NCBI GenBank assembly: GCA_964016885.1
Contig: OZ024740.1
Coordinates: 286,874,001 to 286,938,000 of the forward strand
From: Eledone cirrhosa
Taxonomy: Eukaryota
DNA length: 64,000 nucleotides
Direction of reading: 5' to 3'
Below the pieces are notes generated by a model. The model saw only the letters and a program-made list of their open reading frames with translations, was not told the origin of the DNA and did not search any database. Every line of letters begins with the position of its first letter. Position 1 is the stretch's first letter. Position numbers and translations under genes: made by a program. This document shows, piece by piece, positions 59,738 to 64,000 of this stretch.

Positions 59738-59845
59738 CCGCCAAGGTTAACTTTGCCTTTCATCCTTACGGGGTCGATAAAATAAAGTACCAGTAATGTA
59801 CTGGTTAATTGCTGGCCTTGTGCCAATAGTAGAAACAATTATTAT
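59738..59845 (+). mobile_element. 5'-truncated tRNA SINE (further copies at ~60060-60200, 61130-61265, 61527-61585)
   Basis: ccgccaaggttaactttgcctttcatccttacggggtcgataaaataaagtaccag...gtagaaacaattatt. Confidence 0.8.
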
Positions 59846-59902
59846 TATAACATTAATTGATTTAAAAAAATATTTACATTTGCTTTTTCACTTGCATTAC
59901 AG

Positions 59903-59940
59903 GTAAAAGAAAACCTTGGAGAGGAATACTTTTATTTGGG
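59903..59940 (+). CDS. VPS4: VPS4 coding exon 6
   Basis: ttacag|GT...TGGG|gtatta. GKRKPWRGILLFG. Confidence 0.93.
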
Positions 59941-61641
59941 GTATTAATTTCATTGTTTCTATTTCTTGTTTTTTTTAAATTTATATTTTCCATTCTACTG
60001 CATGATCTTTTAATAACATATATGATTCATATTAAATTTACATAATGATTTAAAAGATAGCGAATTGGCAGAGTTGTTAGGGTGTCAGTTAGAGTGCTGC
60101 TTTGAGGCATTTGTTCCAACTTTCTGCACTCTGAGTTCAAATCCTATAGAGGTCAACTCTCAGGATCAATAAATAAAGTACCAGTCAAGTACTAGGGTAG
60201 ATTCTTCTCTCTCTCTCTCTCAGACTCAGCTATGTTGTTCCATGAGAAAGGTCATGGGAAACCATTCACTGTCCCTTTTTTCAGAATTGTAGAAGGGTTT
60301 AGCAAGGGGGCTAACAATATCTTCTCTTAGAAAAACTCATGTTTCTCAAACCTCCCATTCACTCATCCAACTCATGTTATGAAAAACATGTAGGAACAAT
60401 GGGGAAAAGAATTTAAAAATGAACTATTTACTTAGATCTTTTGGCCAGACCAGAAGGTTTTAAATCTGAATCCATTTTATAAATTCAGTTACTCTTTTTT
60501 TTGTACAGACCCTTACTAATAGCATTAAATTTCCAACCTAAGTAAATGTTTAAATATAAAAGAGAAAATAGAGACGAAGTATACAAGTTTCCAATGAGAC
60601 CATTAGCCACTTACAATGATCACTTACAATGATGTCTAAATTTGACAAGACTCGAAACCTTTTTGGGACCATATTTCTAATAAAAAAAACACTGCCTATG
60701 GTTTTCTAATAATTTAAAAAATAATCAAGAATTTCAAGAGATTTAGTAATATAACTGTAATTAAGTTGGTGTTTGTAATATAACATAACAAGGTTCTGAC
60801 AAAAACTTAGGTTGGATCGTTTTTTTTTTTTAGATAAATATAAACACTTTCAAACAAATAGTTTTGTATAGTAGAACCAAGAACAGTATCAGTCAAAAGG
60901 GTTAAAGTACACTTAGGAGTTGAAATTTTTTGTTTATTCAAATTCATATGGTTGCACCATTTGTAAATTTGTTTGCTTTTACTTTTTTTTTGTACAAACG
61001 GTTAATTTAATCATTTAGGTCTTTTGTGGTTCTTGAAATTCTCAAATAACTCGTTATTTCTTTACTTTTCATTTTAGCACTTTCAGAAATGTCAATTCTT
61101 TTAATACTAAATGTACTGAATACTTAGGTGATAAATTGGCAGAGTTATTAGAATATAGGACAAATTGCTTTGCACTATATGCTCAGGTTTACTGAGCTCT
61201 GATTTCAAACCGTGCTGAGTTCAACTTTTCTTTTTATCCGTTTGCAGTAGATAAAATAAAGTAGTGGTCCATAGTGGCAGATTGGTTGAATTGTTAGAGT
61301 ATCAGACAAGATGATTTACAGTATTTGTTCTGACTCTATGCCCTGAATTATTGAGCAGTAGACTTGCCTGGTTTAACAACTATTTGGTCCTTGGGTGCTT
61401 TTAGTTCAGTTCACTTTGTTTTAACCTTGAACAAAGAAATGATTGGTTGATTTATAACAAGCCTTTTCCATTGACAAATATTAGCTTCCATCTTTATTAT
61501 TACATTTCTGTTTATTTAATATTATTCTTACGGGGTCGATAAAATAAAGTACCAGTAATGCACTGGGTAACGTAGAAACAATTATTCTATAGTTGGAAGT
61601 TTTATTTAAATAATTTTTTATTGTTTACTCTTTTATTACAG

Positions 61642-61760
61642 CCTCCGGGTACTGGTAAATCCTACCTCGCTAAAGCTGTTGCTACAGAAGCAAACAATTC
61701 AACATTCTTCTCAGTCCGCTCATCTGATCTTGTGTCCAAGTGGCTTGGAGAAAGTGAAAA
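61642..61760 (+). CDS. VPS4: VPS4 coding exon 7 (Walker A); gene continues beyond the window
   Basis: ttacag|CCT...GAAAA|gtatgt. [39 protein letters not shown]. Confidence 0.95.
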
Positions 61761-61794
61761 GTATGTTAATAAACTTTTGTTATTTTTTAATCAT

Positions 61795-62620
61795 TATCTG
61801 TCATCACCATTTAATGTCTATTTTCCATGCTTGCATGAGTTAGACAGGTTGCCACATTTAAGACAACTCAGGTGAGGTGACCTTGTCTTGCTCATATGGA
61901 TCTGTATTTTGGCTTGGTTTCTACAGCTGGATGTCTTTCCTAATGCCAACGATATAGTGTGAACTAGGTGCTTTTTATTGTACCAAAATTACCTTCTAAC
62001 AGGGTGGACTGGATGCTTTTTGTCATGTCGCATGACCACATTACACGGTGGACTGGGTGCTTTTTATCATGTCACCAGCACGACCACCTTACATGGTGGA
62101 CTGGGTGCTTTTTTTCTCGTGTCACCAACATGACCACCTTACAAGATGAACTAAGTGCTTTTGTTGTTGTGGCACCGATTCAGCAGACAGAGTGGGCTTA
62201 GCTTTTTTTTTTGTCCTGGCAATGGCATTGTATATAATATGTAGAACACGTCCAATTTTCATACTTGTATGTGTGGGTTGGGCAGAAGAGGTCACAGACC
62301 ATTCAGATATTGACCTCTCAAATGTGCCAGGGGCTGCAGCTCGTTTACAGAGTGTATTGTGGCACCATCACTAGGGAGTTATTCATGTCATTGGCATAAC
62401 TGAAGAGTCTTCTTGACTCCTTATTTGACAAATTTTTTATGACTGGATGCTCTTACCACCAACCACTTTACAGACTGTACTTTTGGCATTTTATCATGGC
62501 ACCAACACTAGGGAGGTTGTCATGTTTTTGACACAACTGAAGAGTACTCTTTTTTAGTATAGTTTTTACAACTGGATGCCCTTTCTAATGCCAAACACTT
62601 TACAGGATGTACTGAGTGTA
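61795..62620 (-). mobile_element. RTE-tailed SINE(s) with internal ~40-bp tandem repeats (relative at 59130-59365)
   Basis: RTE tail ttttccatgcttgcatg, ctggatg(c/t)c(c/t)ttcctaatgccaac blocks, and (gtggactgggtgctttttatcatgtcaccagcacgaccacctt)-like units x~5 at 61960-62170. Confidence 0.65.
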
Positions 62621-64000
62621 TTTTTGTCAAGCCCTCTCGATCCTATGGAGTGGAGGATGAGATAGTTGCATAAAATGAAGCTAGGTGAGAGACAAGTAGG
62701 TTGGTATTAGTGTTTCAAGCAGAACCATAAGCTACTATTGTGATGGGTTAAAAAAAACTTCTTTTTGTATTAAGGGCTAAGATATTTTTTCTCCATTCAT
62801 GAGGTTTAGTTTTTGTTTAACTCCAAGTCAGTTCTGATTAAGCAGATTTATGATTAAAGGCATTTCAACCTCTTTTTATGTCTTGAATGTTAAAAGCAGA
62901 AATTTTAAAACTATTAGAATGGGAAGAAGATATTGTAAATAAAAAGTGTTAGTATCTCGACTAACCACATTGAAAGGTATCAATGTGTCCTTTCCTTTTT
63001 TAAGACAGTAGGGAATTCAGTTGCTATTTCAAGCAGGTTGAACGACCACATAGAGCTATGATGCATGTGTCAGAAGTAGGATATGACAGGAGAAGATTGA
63101 GCTGAATATGTGCAATATAAGTAAGTAATTGGGAACTAATATATCTTGTATATAAGAGAGATGGTTCCTCAGGAGTGAATATACACACACATAATGCAAT
63201 ATTAGCTGTCACATATCATATTAAAAGTTCAAAAAATTTTGCTCAGCCTAGGAAGATTTTAACTAAAAGTTAAGTCAAATCAAGAAAATTAAATCCCCAA
63301 AAGAATATAAAGCAGAATACATAGAAAGAGAATGTTGTGGGGACATATTCTACCTTTGCCAGCAAGTAAAAATATGTAAAATTGACTATATTGAAAATAG
63401 TAGTGAGAATGATGATATATAAACACTGAATATTGTTGTATATGCTCATGTATAAGGAGTTTTGGGGATCAAATTTTTAGACAAAAGAAGTTGGAGTTTT
63501 AACATATTACACAAGTTTTCTTGGACTGAAATCTATGTATAATGGGGATGGCTAGGAGCAATTCTTAGCTTCAGATATGAAAAATATTTATTAATTACTA
63601 TCAATAAACAATGAATATATAAGTATGAACCAATTAGTAATTAACAACTCTGAAGTGCTTCAGCAGATGAAGTTCATGAACTGCCTACGAGCTAACTTAC
63701 CATATACCAATATCACAGTAATTGGAAGCTTACAGAAAATAATAAAACCCATTTTGATATTTTCACACTTAGCATTACACCATCATACAATGCACCTCAA
63801 ACTATTTACTGTCTACATTGTTGCCAGGTAAGTTACTGTAGGGTAGCATAGTGCCACTACAGTAAAGCAATAGTTTTTCCTGACAGTTGAACTAAGGATG
63901 ATGTTAAACATATAACATTAATTTTTAAAAGTTTATGTATAGAGATTATAATTTTTTTGTTGAATCTAAAATATTAGATATAGTGCTTTATTATTACTGG

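Noticed and set aside
61960-62170. Regularly spaced ~40-bp repeats resembling a CRISPR array
   Set aside because: Eukaryotic intron, degenerate tandem units without unique spacers, no cas genes; internal to a SINE.

Overview
AT-rich, intron- and repeat-rich animal DNA, most likely a coleoid cephalopod (octopus-like). That assignment is inferred from the SINE, RTE and Helitron families and the microsatellite load. Three spliced + strand host genes can be reconstructed by eye with GT-AG, phase-consistent exons: the last three coding exons of MEF2 (726-5451), a complete CMC2 (22599-29637, 73 aa, twin CX9C) and the first seven coding exons of VPS4 (46695-61760, continuing past the window). The rest is mobile DNA: an ORF-intact RTE LINE antisense in a MEF2 intron, a near full-length CR1 LINE, a decayed R4/Dong-like element with a nested CRE-like fragment, a 2.2-kb non-autonomous LTR element with a tRNA-Trp PBS and two unrecognised ORFs, non-autonomous Helitrons, TTAA MITEs and many tRNA-derived SINEs. 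The most interesting signals are four. (1) A TSD-flanked ~800-bp non-coding insertion carries two tandem type I hammerhead ribozymes 508 nt apart (retrozyme/Penelope-like). (2) A G_GGA_AAC slippery site plus a hairpin sits at the CR1 ORF1/ORF2 junction, and ORF2 is in the -1 frame with no AUG. (3) Two nested inverted-repeat pairs bracket the 81-nt start-codon exon of CMC2. (4) Two duplications carry template-switch scars. All coordinates were read manually; repeat boundaries are approximate and no database search or folding program was run.
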